From Blastocatellia bacterium (GTDB lineage Bacteria; Acidobacteriota; Blastocatellia; HR10; J050): a DNA stretch of 64,000 nt. The notes under the pieces were generated by a model. The model made no database searches. It saw only the letters and a list, made by a program, of their open reading frames with translations, and was not told the DNA's origin. The stretch is taken from NCBI GenBank assembly GCA_025054955.1, contig JANWZE010000152.1, forward strand, positions 70,419 through 134,418. Direction: 5' to 3'. The position numbers were made by a program, and so were the translations under genes. Shown here in pieces: positions 20,596-30,221 of the stretch (position 1 is its first letter; each line of letters starts with the position of its first letter).

Positions 20596-20658
20596 TCACG
20601 GATGACGGACCACGAATCACGGATGACGGACCACGAATCACGGACTCCGAATCACGAA
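20596..20658 (+). repeat. 21-bp tandem repeat, three copies (the third diverged), ending 2 nt before the pyk ATG
   Basis: tcacggatgacggaccacgaa occurs twice (20596-20616 and 20617-20637), followed by tcacggactccgaatcacgaa (20638-20658). Confidence 0.9.
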
Positions 20659-20660
20659 TT

Positions 20661-22100
20661 ATGGCAAGAACGAAGATTGTTTGCACAATTGGCCCAGCCT
20701 CGCGCACACCGGAAAGTCTGGAGCAGTTAATCCGCGCCGGCATGAATGTGGCGCGATTGAATTTCTCGCATGGGACACACGCTGAGCATCGCGAAGTGAT
20801 CGCCACCATTCGGCGCGTGGCTGCTCAACTGGATCGTCCTGTCGCGATTTTACAAGACCTGGCCGGCCCGAAGATCAGGATCGGGGATATAGAAGACGGC
20901 TCGGTCATGTTAGAGCCCGGCGCGTTGTTTACGCTCACCACGCGTCCGGTCGCTGGCAATCAGCAGCAAGTCTCCATCTCCTATGCCGGCCTGCCTGAGG
21001 ATGTTCAACCCGGCGACACGCTGCTGCTCAGTGACGGCTCGCTAGAATTGGAAGTCGTCTCCACCACTGAGGAAGAGATTCAGTGTCGGGTCATTGTTGG
21101 TGGGTTACTGAGTTCGCGCAAAGGCATCAATCTGCCGGCGCGCTCTATCAAAGCGCCGAGTTTGACGGATAAAGATCGTGCCGATCTCGTGTTCGGTATC
21201 GAGCAGGATGTTGATTATGTGGCGCTCTCGTTTGTGCGCACGGCGGCGGATGTCGAGCAGGCCAAGCAATTCATGCGCGAGTGCGGCCACATGATCCCGT
21301 TGATTGCCAAGGTCGAAAAGCATGAAGCGCTGTTGAACATTGATGAGATCGTTCAAGCGGCTGACGGCTTGATGGTGGCGCGCGGCGATTTGGGCGTCGA
21401 AACGCCACTGGAAAAAGTGCCGCGTGTACAAAAGCGGCTGATTGAAAAAGCCAATCGCGCCGGCAAGCCGGTCATCACGGCGACGCAGATGCTGCGCTCG
21501 ATGGTAGACAGTCCGCGCCCAACGCGCGCGGAAGTCACCGATGTTGCTAATGCGATCCTGGACGGCACCGATGCCGTGATGTTGTCAGAAGAGACAGCCG
21601 TGGGAAAATATGCGACCGAAGCGGTCGTTGTGATGAGGCGCATTGCTGAGGATATTGAGGCGGCCTTTCCGTTCACCAATTGGATGCAACGATTCGACCG
21701 TGAAGGCGATCCACCGCTGCCCGAAGCGGTGGGGTATGCCGCGTGTAACCTGGCAGAACGTATTCGCGCTGCTGCGATCATCACGTTCACGCAATCTGGT
21801 AGCACGGCGCAACTGGTGGCCAAGTATCGCCCCGGGCGTGTCATTCTAGCGCCAACGCCGCTGGAAAAAACCTATCGGCGACTCGCGCTCGTCTGGGGAG
21901 TGACACCGATCCTGAGCGAGGAGATGAGAAACACAGATGAGATGATTGATAAAGCATTCGCGGCGGCGTTGAAATCAGGTCTCGTACAGCCAGGTCAGCG
22001 CGTTGTCATTACGGCCGGTGTGCCGGTGGGTGTGTCAGGGACGACCAATTTAATCAAAGCAGAGGTGCTAAAACAAACTACTGTGGCCAATGATGAATGA
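20661..22100 (+). CDS. pyk: Pyruvate kinase
   Basis: MARTKIVCTIGPAS..MNVARLNFSHG..MVARGDLGVE is the canonical PK signature. The start is set at the ATG at 20661, because the upstream part of the tracked ORF is the repeat region. Confidence 0.95.
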   Translation: MARTKIVCTIGPASRTPESLEQLIRAGMNVARLNFSHGTHAEHREVIATIRRVAAQLDRPVAILQDLAGPKIRIGDIEDGSVMLEPGALFTLTTRPVAGNQQQVSISYAGLPEDVQPGDTLLLSDGSLELEVVSTTEEEIQCRVIVGGLLSSRKGINLPARSIKAPSLTDKDRADLVFGIEQDVDYVALSFVRTAADVEQAKQFMRECGHMIPLIAKVEKHEALLNIDEIVQAADGLMVARGDLGVETPLEKVPRVQKRLIEKANRAGKPVITATQMLRSMVDSPRPTRAEVTDVANAILDGTDAVMLSEETAVGKYATEAVVVMRRIAEDIEAAFPFTNWMQRFDREGDPPLPEAVGYAACNLAERIRAAAIITFTQSGSTAQLVAKYRPGRVILAPTPLEKTYRRLALVWGVTPILSEEMRNTDEMIDKAFAAALKSGLVQPGQRVVITAGVPVGVSGTTNLIKAEVLKQTTVANDE

Positions 22101-22170
22101 TGAATCGAGTGACATATCTTTATGTGGTATGCACCGTTCACCATTCATCATGGCCTATGAATGTGGGGTT

Positions 22171-22662
22171 TTAGTTGCCGATCCGGACAAGTTCAAAGTA
22201 GCCCAAATTGCCGGCCACGGTCGGCTCGATCTGAACGCCTCGAAGCCGAGTAGCCACTGAGCCAGTGGACTCCACGACAACCAACGAATAGTTTCGAGTC
22301 AGCGTTCCAATCGGCGGCGGAGCTTGAGCAACGGCGCTGGTGCTTCCCGTGCCATTCGCGTTGAGCGTGTATGAACCGCCGGTCACCTGAACCGGGATGA
22401 CCGTTCGTCCGGTTTGACCAGGCGCAACGGCCGATCGCGGAATGTGCAGTTCCAATGCCCCACCTGTGATGTTGCCGTTGCCATCGAATGTCACCACACC
22501 GATGGTGGCTTCTGTGGTGCTGCCGCCTGCCGTCATAAATACATAGGAGCCCGCCAAGCGAAGGCCTTGCGCAGACGTGTTGTTAAGTCCCGTGAACAAG
22601 ATGGCCGCGCCGATCAGCGCGACTGTGAACGCAGCAAGAGCTATTGATTTGCGATTGAACAT
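22171..22662 (-). CDS. Hypothetical secreted protein
   Basis: ATG at 22662 with GGAGG upstream. The signal peptide is MFNRKSIALAAFTVALIGAAILF. It is rich in Gly, Thr and Ser and looks beta-rich. I recognise no family. Confidence 0.65.
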   Translation of the reverse strand: MFNRKSIALAAFTVALIGAAILFTGLNNTSAQGLRLAGSYVFMTAGGSTTEATIGVVTFDGNGNITGGALELHIPRSAVAPGQTGRTVIPVQVTGGSYTLNANGTGSTSAVAQAPPPIGTLTRNYSLVVVESTGSVATRLRGVQIEPTVAGNLGYFELVRIGN

Positions 22663-22851
22663 AGTCTTTGTGTCCTCCATAACAAGATTTTGTTGATCTG
22701 CTTCATGACAATTTAGGGGGCATACAGCCGATCCCCCTCCATGTTGGCTTGCCCGATTGGTAACAAGCGCACATTGAAAATCCGTCCTTCACGTGTTTGT
22801 GCTGAACTTACCGGGCCGCGCGATTATAGCATAGGGTCTCGCGTAAGCAAA

Positions 22852-22940
22852 AGAAAAATTTCTTGCGTCAGCGGCGCCGTGAAAAAGCAGCTCACTCGCT
22901 CAGTGAGCGTGACCAACCAGAAAAAATTTCTTGCCTCAGC
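22852..22940. repeat. 21/22-bp direct repeat (period 67) flanking a 7-bp-stem palindrome
   Basis: agaaaaatttcttgcgtcagc at 22852-22872 and agaaaaaatttcttgcctcagc at 22919-22940. GCTCACT-cgctc-AGTGAGC sits between them at 22890-22908. Confidence 0.8.
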
Positions 22941-23246
22941 AAAACGGTTCTGTCCGCTGACGCCTGATCCGCGCTCTGTGCGCGCAACTCCCCGCGGTCA
23001 ATGGCATTGATTGAAGGATGGCACATGGATGACGCCGATGATGCGGATCAATGCGAATCAATCAAGGATTGGCGAATATCCGCTCCATCGGTGTTATTCG
23101 CGTTCCATTCGTTGGGGAGTTACCGCTTTTGAGGTTGACTTCTGTGAATTGGATAGTACAGAATCTGCCCCGTTAAAAACCAAATTTTCCAGGGTAAGAT
23201 GGAGAGACACAAATGTCATGAAGCGCTTTTTAAGGGAGGGGAAACG

Positions 23247-26200
23247 ATGAAAAACCATGTCTTCCTAATCGTCGTTCTACTGGTTTCTGCTTCGTCGGCG
23301 TGGGCTCAGGCAACAGCCACGTCGGCTGAACTGAGAGGGACGGTGACCGACCCGAATGGAGCTGTTGTGCCGGGCGCGGTTGTGACCGTCACCAATGCCG
23401 AACGGGCACTTTCGAAAACAGGCGTCGCCGATGACAAAGGCGAATACCGCATCTTGCTGCTACCGCCGGGCCAGTATGAAGTCAAAGCGGAAGCCCAGGG
23501 GTTCAGCACCAAGGTCAGCCGCGACGTGCAACTGACTGTAGGCCAAATTGCCACTCTCGATTTTCAATTGGAAGTCGGTGTGGCAACAGAAATCGTCGAG
23601 ATTACGGCCTTGCCTCAGTTGGTTGAGACCGAGCGCACGCAGCAAGCTAACACCATTGAGGAGCGATACGTGCAGGAATTGCCGATCAATCGGCGCGACT
23701 ATCTGTCGTTCACGTTGCTGGCGCCCGGCATCGTTGATTCTGACGCAATGGCCGACAACACGGATTTCCGCGTCGCTCAGACGCCGCAAAGTGGCATCTC
23801 GTTTTACGGCAGCAATGGCCGTGGCAACAACATCATGGTGGACGGCGGCGAAGCCAACGACGATGCCGGCGGTGTGCGCCCGACAGTCAGTCAGGAAGCA
23901 GTTCAAGAGTTTCAAATCAATCGCAGCAACTACACAGCGGAATTTGGCGGCGCTAGCGGCGGCGTTATCAACATCGTCACCAAATCGGGAACCAATGAGT
24001 TTCGCGGCACATTGTTTGGTTTCTTCCGACATGACGCGCTTGATGCTGCTGATCCGTTTGCCATTGATTTGATCAATGATCGTCCCACGCGCATCAAGCC
24101 GCCCTCCAATCGTCAGCAATATGGTGGCTCGTTGGGATTCCCCTTTAAGAAAGACCGCACCTTCTTCTTCGGCGCGATTGAAAAGCTCAACCGCGACGAA
24201 TCCACGGCCGTGCCGGTGCTGACTGACTTCGCCATCTTTCGGCCAACAGCGGCTCAGGAAGCGATCTTGCGCACGTTACCACCCGCCCGCGCAGCGGCGT
24301 TGCGCCAACAATTAACCATTACTGACCCGGCTGTCATCAATCTGTTTCGGCGCAATAGCGGCGTATTCCCGTTCACCGCGAACAACCTCTTGTGGAATGT
24401 GCGCCTCGATCACAGCTTCAACGAGCGTAATCAACTCGTCTTTCGCTATAACTTCGCCAACAATTTTGATCAGAACCAAAACTTGAACGCGCTGGTGGGA
24501 TTCTCTCGTGGCAATTCGCTGGATCAATTCGACAGCAACGCCATCCTTGGATGGACCCACACATTCAGTCCGGTGTTGGTCAATGAGGTGCGCGGCCAGT
24601 GGAACTACGACCGGCTTGACGTTGTCCCCAATGATCCGGTCGGACCGGAGTTGAACATCGGCGGCTTTGGGTTCTTTAACAGGGACATCTTCCTGCCCAG
24701 CTTCAGCACGCAACGACGGTACGAATTCGCCGATAACCTCAGTTATTCGCGTGGCAAACACACGATGAAGTTTGGCGGCGCGCTGTTACTTCGCGGCAAC
24801 AACACCGAATCGCACACGTTCTTTGGTGGGCGCTTCCAGTTCGGTCCACTGCCTGGCTTCTTCGTAGATGGCGCGTTGGCTGCTACGACGATCACGCCGC
24901 TGCAGGCATTCAACCTGGGGTTGCCGCAGTTTTATCAACAAGGCTTCGGCGACCCGACCGTGAAGGCGACCCTTCCGTTTTACGCCATCTACGCGCAGGA
25001 TAGTTGGAAAATCCGACGCAATCTGACGCTGAATTACGGCGTTCGGTATGAACTGGACGACCGCAAGGACCCATTGCCAACTGATACGAACAACGTTGCG
25101 CCGCGTCTGGGACTGGCCTGGGACCCCTTTGGCGATGGAAAGACAACGATTCGCGCTGGCTACGGCATTTTCTACTCGCCGATTTACTTCCAGATTGATT
25201 ACGTCGTCAATGCGTTGAATGCGCTTGGGCCGGACAACTACCGCCAGATTGCGCAAATTTTCGTGCCATTGACCGGTGCGCCTGGGCTGATCAATCCGAT
25301 CACCGAGCAGCCGCTCTCTTCGGCCGACATTTTCAATACGCTGCGCGCGCAAGGTGTAATCGGTATACCGGTTCCCCGCCGTACCATCTCGCCGGCGGAC
25401 CTCACGCAGTTTGGTATCAACATCACGCAACGGGGTCCGATCCCACCGCTGACGGTGTTGTTCAGCAATTCCGACGATTATGCTAACGCCTATTCTCAGC
25501 AAGCCAGCCTGGGCATCGAACGGCAACTGTCCACGAACTGGGGATTCGGCCTCAGCTACGTCTTCTCGCGCACGGCCAAAGTCACACGCGCCCGCGATAA
25601 GAATTTGTCAACGGCGACGCCCATTGGGCCGCTTGGCATTCGTCAATGGAACGGCCCGCAGTGCGTGCCCAATGGCCCGATCCATTGCTTCATCAATCGT
25701 CTCCTGTTGCAGGATAATGTGTATGAATCCACAGGCAACGCATTCTATCACGGGTTCATCGCCGAGCTGACCAAGCGCTATAGCAATTACTTCAGTCTCT
25801 CGGCGAATTACACGTTCTCCAAGGCCATTGACGAGGTGACGGATTTCAACAGCGACTTCCAACCGATGGATCAGGCCAATCTGCGCGCTGAACGCGCTCT
25901 GTCGGCGTTCCATCAGAAACACAAGTTCGTCGTCTATGCGGCGCTGGAAAGCCCGTGGCAAAACTGGTTCATGCGCGGGTTCGTGCTGACGCCGATTTAT
26001 CGTTACAACTCAGGCCGTCCATTCAATCTGTTGACCGGCGAAGATACCAACGGCGACCGTCACTCAACGACAGACCGTCCGCCGTTTGCCGGTCGCAATA
26101 CGGGTCGTGGTCCAAACTTCTGGGCGGTAGACCTGCGGTTGACCAAGAAGATCGGGTTGTGGTCGGAGCGCCGTTCAGTGGATGTGATGTTTGAAGCCTT

Positions 26201-26369
26201 CAATCTCTTCAATCGAGTGAATTATGCCAGCATCAACAACACGGTCGGTCGTATTCCTCCACCGTTTGACTTGAAAGGCCGAAGTGACCGGAGTCCGTCG
26301 GAGCCGCTGGGCTTCACCTCGGTCTTTGATCCGCGTCGTATCCAGTTGGGCTTCCGGCTGAACTTCTAG
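23247..26369 (+). CDS. TonB-dependent outer-membrane receptor with an N-terminal carboxypeptidase-regulatory-like domain
   Basis: Signal peptide MKNHVFLIVVLLVSASSAWAQ. CarboxypepD_reg-like LRGTVTDPNGAVVPGAVVTV..GEYRILLLPPGQYEV. C-terminal ..IQLGFRLNF ends in a terminal Phe. GGGAGGGG lies upstream. Confidence 0.9.
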   Translation: MKNHVFLIVVLLVSASSAWAQATATSAELRGTVTDPNGAVVPGAVVTVTNAERALSKTGVADDKGEYRILLLPPGQYEVKAEAQGFSTKVSRDVQLTVGQIATLDFQLEVGVATEIVEITALPQLVETERTQQANTIEERYVQELPINRRDYLSFTLLAPGIVDSDAMADNTDFRVAQTPQSGISFYGSNGRGNNIMVDGGEANDDAGGVRPTVSQEAVQEFQINRSNYTAEFGGASGGVINIVTKSGTNEFRGTLFGFFRHDALDAADPFAIDLINDRPTRIKPPSNRQQYGGSLGFPFKKDRTFFFGAIEKLNRDESTAVPVLTDFAIFRPTAAQEAILRTLPPARAAALRQQLTITDPAVINLFRRNSGVFPFTANNLLWNVRLDHSFNERNQLVFRYNFANNFDQNQNLNALVGFSRGNSLDQFDSNAILGWTHTFSPVLVNEVRGQWNYDRLDVVPNDPVGPELNIGGFGFFNRDIFLPSFSTQRRYEFADNLSYSRGKHTMKFGGALLLRGNNTESHTFFGGRFQFGPLPGFFVDGALAATTITPLQAFNLGLPQFYQQGFGDPTVKATLPFYAIYAQDSWKIRRNLTLNYGVRYELDDRKDPLPTDTNNVAPRLGLAWDPFGDGKTTIRAGYGIFYSPIYFQIDYVVNALNALGPDNYRQIAQIFVPLTGAPGLINPITEQPLSSADIFNTLRAQGVIGIPVPRRTISPADLTQFGINITQRGPIPPLTVLFSNSDDYANAYSQQASLGIERQLSTNWGFGLSYVFSRTAKVTRARDKNLSTATPIGPLGIRQWNGPQCVPNGPIHCFINRLLLQDNVYESTGNAFYHGFIAELTKRYSNYFSLSANYTFSKAIDEVTDFNSDFQPMDQANLRAERALSAFHQKHKFVVYAALESPWQNWFMRGFVLTPIYRYNSGRPFNLLTGEDTNGDRHSTTDRPPFAGRNTGRGPNFWAVDLRLTKKIGLWSERRSVDVMFEAFNLFNRVNYASINNTVGRIPPPFDLKGRSDRSPSEPLGFTSVFDPRRIQLGFRLNF

Positions 26370-26418
26370 CACGAGGCATCGCATCTTACTACAGCCTCGC
26401 GCGCAAGGTGACATGAGC

Positions 26419-26467
26419 CAGGAGCAGGTCAGCGCCGAATGCAGAGCTGGCGCGCTGCCTGCTCCTG
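26419..26467 (+). terminator. Strong stem-loop 50 nt downstream of the TonB-receptor stop (no U-tract)
   Basis: CAGGAGCAGG(T)CAGCGC ... GCGCTGCCTGCTCCTG forms about 16 bp with one bulge. Confidence 0.35.
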
Positions 26468-26610
26468 CTGCGTATCGCTCCGCTGCCAGCGGTGAGTCAG
26501 CCCACTCACTGTGTGAAACTTTCTCTATCCCCGGACGTGCTAGGTGGGGAGCACCGCGCTCAAGTGTCATGAGCATGGCGGCGCTCAAACCCCGCGTGAA
26601 GGAGGAAGTG

Positions 26611-27216
26611 ATGCGTAACTGCAAGGTCAGCTCAATCATCATTGGCGCAACGCTCCTACTGATCGGGATCAGCGAAGCGAGCGTCGCTCAACAAACCACC
26701 TCGGTGAGCAAGTCGTCGCGCGCGACAGCGGACGAGAGCAACATTCAACAGTTGAATCAGACACTTCAGGAGTTGAATCGCCACGTTGGGAGTCTCACCA
26801 AGGAACTCCAACGCTTCAAAACCGATGTGGATGAAGTCGCCGTGCTGTGGCGCGTGCTGTTGATGGAACAACGTCAGGGACAACTGGAAGAACGTCTCGC
26901 CAGCGTGCAACGACAACTGTTCGATATCGCCAATCAACAACTGGCTATTCGTTCGCGTCTGGAGAACCTTGACAAAGAATTCATTCCAACCGCCAGCGCC
27001 TTCATCACGCAGGATCAGATCAAGCGACAAATTCGCCAACAGCTCGAACAGCAATTACAGCAACTGACCGGGCAGCAGCCAGTCCTGCTGGAACGAGAAA
27101 GGGAGTTGAAAGAGCAGCTCGGCCAGATGCGCAGTAAGCTGGAAGCCTTCAAACGAGAACTGGAAGCGATTGAACAGAAACGCGACCTTCAGAAGCAGAA
27201 TGATGATGAGCCATAG
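26611..27216 (+). CDS. Exported coiled-coil protein
   Basis: ATG at 26611 after GGAGGAAG. The signal peptide is MRNCKVSSIIIGATLLLIGISEASVAQ. The remainder is a Q/E/L-rich coiled coil. A Skp/OmpH-like architecture is possible but unverified. Confidence 0.65.
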   Translation: MRNCKVSSIIIGATLLLIGISEASVAQQTTSVSKSSRATADESNIQQLNQTLQELNRHVGSLTKELQRFKTDVDEVAVLWRVLLMEQRQGQLEERLASVQRQLFDIANQQLAIRSRLENLDKEFIPTASAFITQDQIKRQIRQQLEQQLQQLTGQQPVLLERERELKEQLGQMRSKLEAFKRELEAIEQKRDLQKQNDDEP

Positions 27217-27309
27217 GCGTTTCTAGCAACTGGTCTAGCAGTCGGTATTCATCGGCGCTGCCAATCCGAGGCTGCCGATGACTGAACACTCACCGAGGAT
27301 CACTCACTG

Positions 27310-28704
27310 ATGAGCAGCTTACAATTTTTAGGCGCAACGCAGACGGTCACTGGATCGAAATTCGTCGTGACCGTTGACAGCTTTCGCGTGATGATTGATT
27401 GTGGACTCTTTCAGGGCCTGAAAGAACTTCGCTTACGAAATTGGGAACCATTGCCTGTGGCTCCCCATTCACTGGATGCGGTCATTTTGACCCATGCGCA
27501 TATTGACCACGCTGGTTATTTGCCCAGATTGGTCAGAGACGGATTTCGCGGCACGGTCTATTCGAGCGCCGGCACGTATGACCTGTGCCGATTGTTGTTG
27601 CCCGACTCCGCTGAGCTACAAGAAGAAGATGCCCGGCACGCCAACCAACAAGGATTTTCTAAACACAAACCGGCTCTGCCGCTCTACACGGTGAAAGACG
27701 CCAAAGCATCGCTCAAGCTGTTTCAGAAGGTCCGGTATCACGAGGTCATTCGGCTGACCAAATCGCTAGCGTTTCGCTTGAGTACATCCGGGCACATTCT
27801 CGGCTCAACGTTTGTTGAGCTGTTCATCACGAATCACCACAAGCAGGACACGAAGGTCGTGTTTAGTGGCGACATCGGACGCTATGATCGTCCGATTTTG
27901 AATGATCCAGCCGTGGTGCCCGAAGCCGATTATCTGCTGGTCGAATCCACCTATGGCGACCGCCAACATGATCCGCAAAACCCCCAAGACCAAATTGCCC
28001 AGATTGTCAATGACACCATTGGGCGTGGCGGAACGATTATTATTCCGGCCTTTGCGGTCGGTCGCGCGCAGGAGCTGCTCTATCATTTCATCCAGCTTGA
28101 AGAACAACGGCGCATTCCGCCGGTTCCTGTCTATATTGACAGCCCGATGGCCATTGAGGCGACTGCTCACTACATTTGTCATCCTGAAGACCACGACCAT
28201 GAAATGAAAGAGACAATGGTCGCCAAACTGCAACAGGCCAAATCCCGCATTACGCTAGTGCGTGGCCAGGCGCAATCCCAATCGCTTGTTCGTGACCGCA
28301 CGCCATGCGTCATTATCTCATCAAGCGGCATGGCGACAGGTGGGCGTGTGTTGCATCATCTGGCAGCGCGGCTGCCTGAGCCGCAGAATACTATTCTGTT
28401 TGTCGGCTATCAGGCTGCTGGAACGCGCGGGCGACTCTTGGCTGACGGCGCGCCAGAGATCAAGATTCATGGACAAATGATCCCGGTACGAGCAGAGGTG
28501 CAGGTCATCCATACGCTCTCAGCGCACGCTGACTATAGCGAAATCCTAAAGTGGCTAGGCGGCTTCCAACGTCCGCCCCGCATGACCTACATCGTCCACG
28601 GTGAACCCTCGGCCAGCCAAGCCCTCCAGCATCACATTGAACAAACCTTTGGCTGGCCTGTCCAGATTCCTCATTATCAACAAACAGTCCCGTTGGCAGA
28701 GTGA
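27310..28704 (+). CDS. MBL-fold beta-CASP family hydrolase (RNA-metabolising type)
   Basis: Contains HAHIDHAG (HxHxDH), the downstream ESTYGDR and a C-terminal SAHAD motif. Confidence 0.88.
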   Translation: MSSLQFLGATQTVTGSKFVVTVDSFRVMIDCGLFQGLKELRLRNWEPLPVAPHSLDAVILTHAHIDHAGYLPRLVRDGFRGTVYSSAGTYDLCRLLLPDSAELQEEDARHANQQGFSKHKPALPLYTVKDAKASLKLFQKVRYHEVIRLTKSLAFRLSTSGHILGSTFVELFITNHHKQDTKVVFSGDIGRYDRPILNDPAVVPEADYLLVESTYGDRQHDPQNPQDQIAQIVNDTIGRGGTIIIPAFAVGRAQELLYHFIQLEEQRRIPPVPVYIDSPMAIEATAHYICHPEDHDHEMKETMVAKLQQAKSRITLVRGQAQSQSLVRDRTPCVIISSSGMATGGRVLHHLAARLPEPQNTILFVGYQAAGTRGRLLADGAPEIKIHGQMIPVRAEVQVIHTLSAHADYSEILKWLGGFQRPPRMTYIVHGEPSASQALQHHIEQTFGWPVQIPHYQQTVPLAE

Positions 28705-28915
28705 AGGGCCGGGTGATGAGCCTCATGAAAACCCTGCGAGCGCCAAGCGTTTTGCCTGCTGCTTTAGCGGTTATTGGAAAAGGCATCGTGGAGCGGGCGC
28801 TGCCAGGTTTTCATCTAACGTCGCGTCCCTAACGCGCGGGAGGGATGCCATGAATGGTGCTCGGGCGAACACAGCCAGACCATTGTCCAGTTGTGTCGAA
28901 GCTGAACACTGTGGG

Positions 28916-29719
28916 TCACTGACCGCAACGCGAAACCGTACACGAATTGCAACTATGCCATGTGCACGTTTCACAAGGGCCATTCTCACACCTGTAGCAC
29001 TTGTCAATATATGACCAAGCGCAGCGTTGATTTTGGCAACTGTAGCAACCCACCCCGGGCGTTGTGAACCATTTCAGCCACTTCAATGCCAAGGTTTCGC
29101 TATTAGGGCTGTAGCCCGAGCCGTCTTCGAACCGCGCTTCGGCAATGGCCACAGCTACGTGGTAAGCGCCACTGAGATTCCCTGACGTGCTAAGGGAGGC
29201 AGCTTCGTTGGCAAAGGAGACGACCGAGTATTCGATGACCCCTGAAGCTTGAGGCGAGATCGCTATGGCAATACGGGGTGTACTCCCAGAACGTAGTACT
29301 TGATCGCCACCCTGTTCAGAGAAGATGTACCACGCCAATTTCACGGCAGTGATCTTCTGAGGTGAGAGGTTCTTCACTTTCACAGAGCTGATGCTCAAGC
29401 CTTGGTCGGCACGCAGGGTCACCGCTGCAACATTGACCGGTGACCCATCAGTCCAGACCGGATGTGCTCCAACGGTCCAATTCCCGCCTGGAAGCTGGAT
29501 TGTGGCTCCTGCTGGGTTACCGCTTTCAGTTGAGGTTGAAAAGGATGGTGAAAGTAGTAAAGCCGTCGGTACTCCCGCATTAGTCCCCTTGGTAAGATAC
29601 GAGTGGCCGGCTGAGTTGAGGACCAGGCGTGGCCCCACAGCAGTCTGAACGTTTGACTGTGGCCATGCCGCAAGCACTAGGACGCCGACAAGCATGAGAT
29701 GATAATGACGGTTGGTCAT
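28916..29719 (-). CDS. Secreted hypothetical protein with a 13-Cys C-terminal tail
   Basis: GGAGG lies 7 nt upstream. It has a signal-like N-terminus. The tail is GCYSCQNQRCAWSYIDKCYRCENGPCETCTWHSCNSCTVSRCGQ. Confidence 0.7.
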   Translation of the reverse strand: MTNRHYHLMLVGVLVLAAWPQSNVQTAVGPRLVLNSAGHSYLTKGTNAGVPTALLLSPSFSTSTESGNPAGATIQLPGGNWTVGAHPVWTDGSPVNVAAVTLRADQGLSISSVKVKNLSPQKITAVKLAWYIFSEQGGDQVLRSGSTPRIAIAISPQASGVIEYSVVSFANEAASLSTSGNLSGAYHVAVAIAEARFEDGSGYSPNSETLALKWLKWFTTPGVGCYSCQNQRCAWSYIDKCYRCENGPCETCTWHSCNSCTVSRCGQ

Positions 29720-30221
29720 AACTTTGCCTCCTATATCGAAATTATCGAAATGAACGCCTCCATTGTACCCGCTTCGCCATCCTCAGTCTCGGCATTTCGT
29801 CTTCATTTTTGCGGCATATCTATTAGACTTGAAGCATAGATTCAACCTCTGAGTTAAACCATTCAGCAGTCCTTGAACGAGTTTCAATAAGTGCTCCTCA
29901 ATCGCCGATGAGTCAGGCATCATTTCTCCGCTCTTCGATCAAATAACTGAACGGTCAGCGAACCACCTTCCTCAGGCGCTGATTCTGATTTCTTCGCGCA
30001 AAATCTTATCCCAGCCATGATCGCGCTACAGCAGCTTTTTCACTACCACTTGCCACCTGATACCTTTGCGCCGATGCCGACTTGGCTAACGGTTCGCTTT
30101 CTGGGGTCGGTCAACACGGCTCGATTGCTTTAGTCAACATCGTTATTCATAAGCTATGAAGGGTGCTTTCAGCGTCTTGGGATCAGGGTTTCACCATCCG
30201 AGTTTACTCTGCCAGTCAGCA

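Noticed and set aside
22830-22843. The 14-mer catagggtctcgcg is shared by 22830-22843 and 59200-59213, with a related atcatagggtc at 39203-39213.
   Set aside because: By a rough estimate, several identical 14-mers are expected by chance in 64 kb on two strands: about 4e9 pairs against 4^14 = 2.7e8. Only the 59197 site coincides with a good promoter, so I do not call a motif family.
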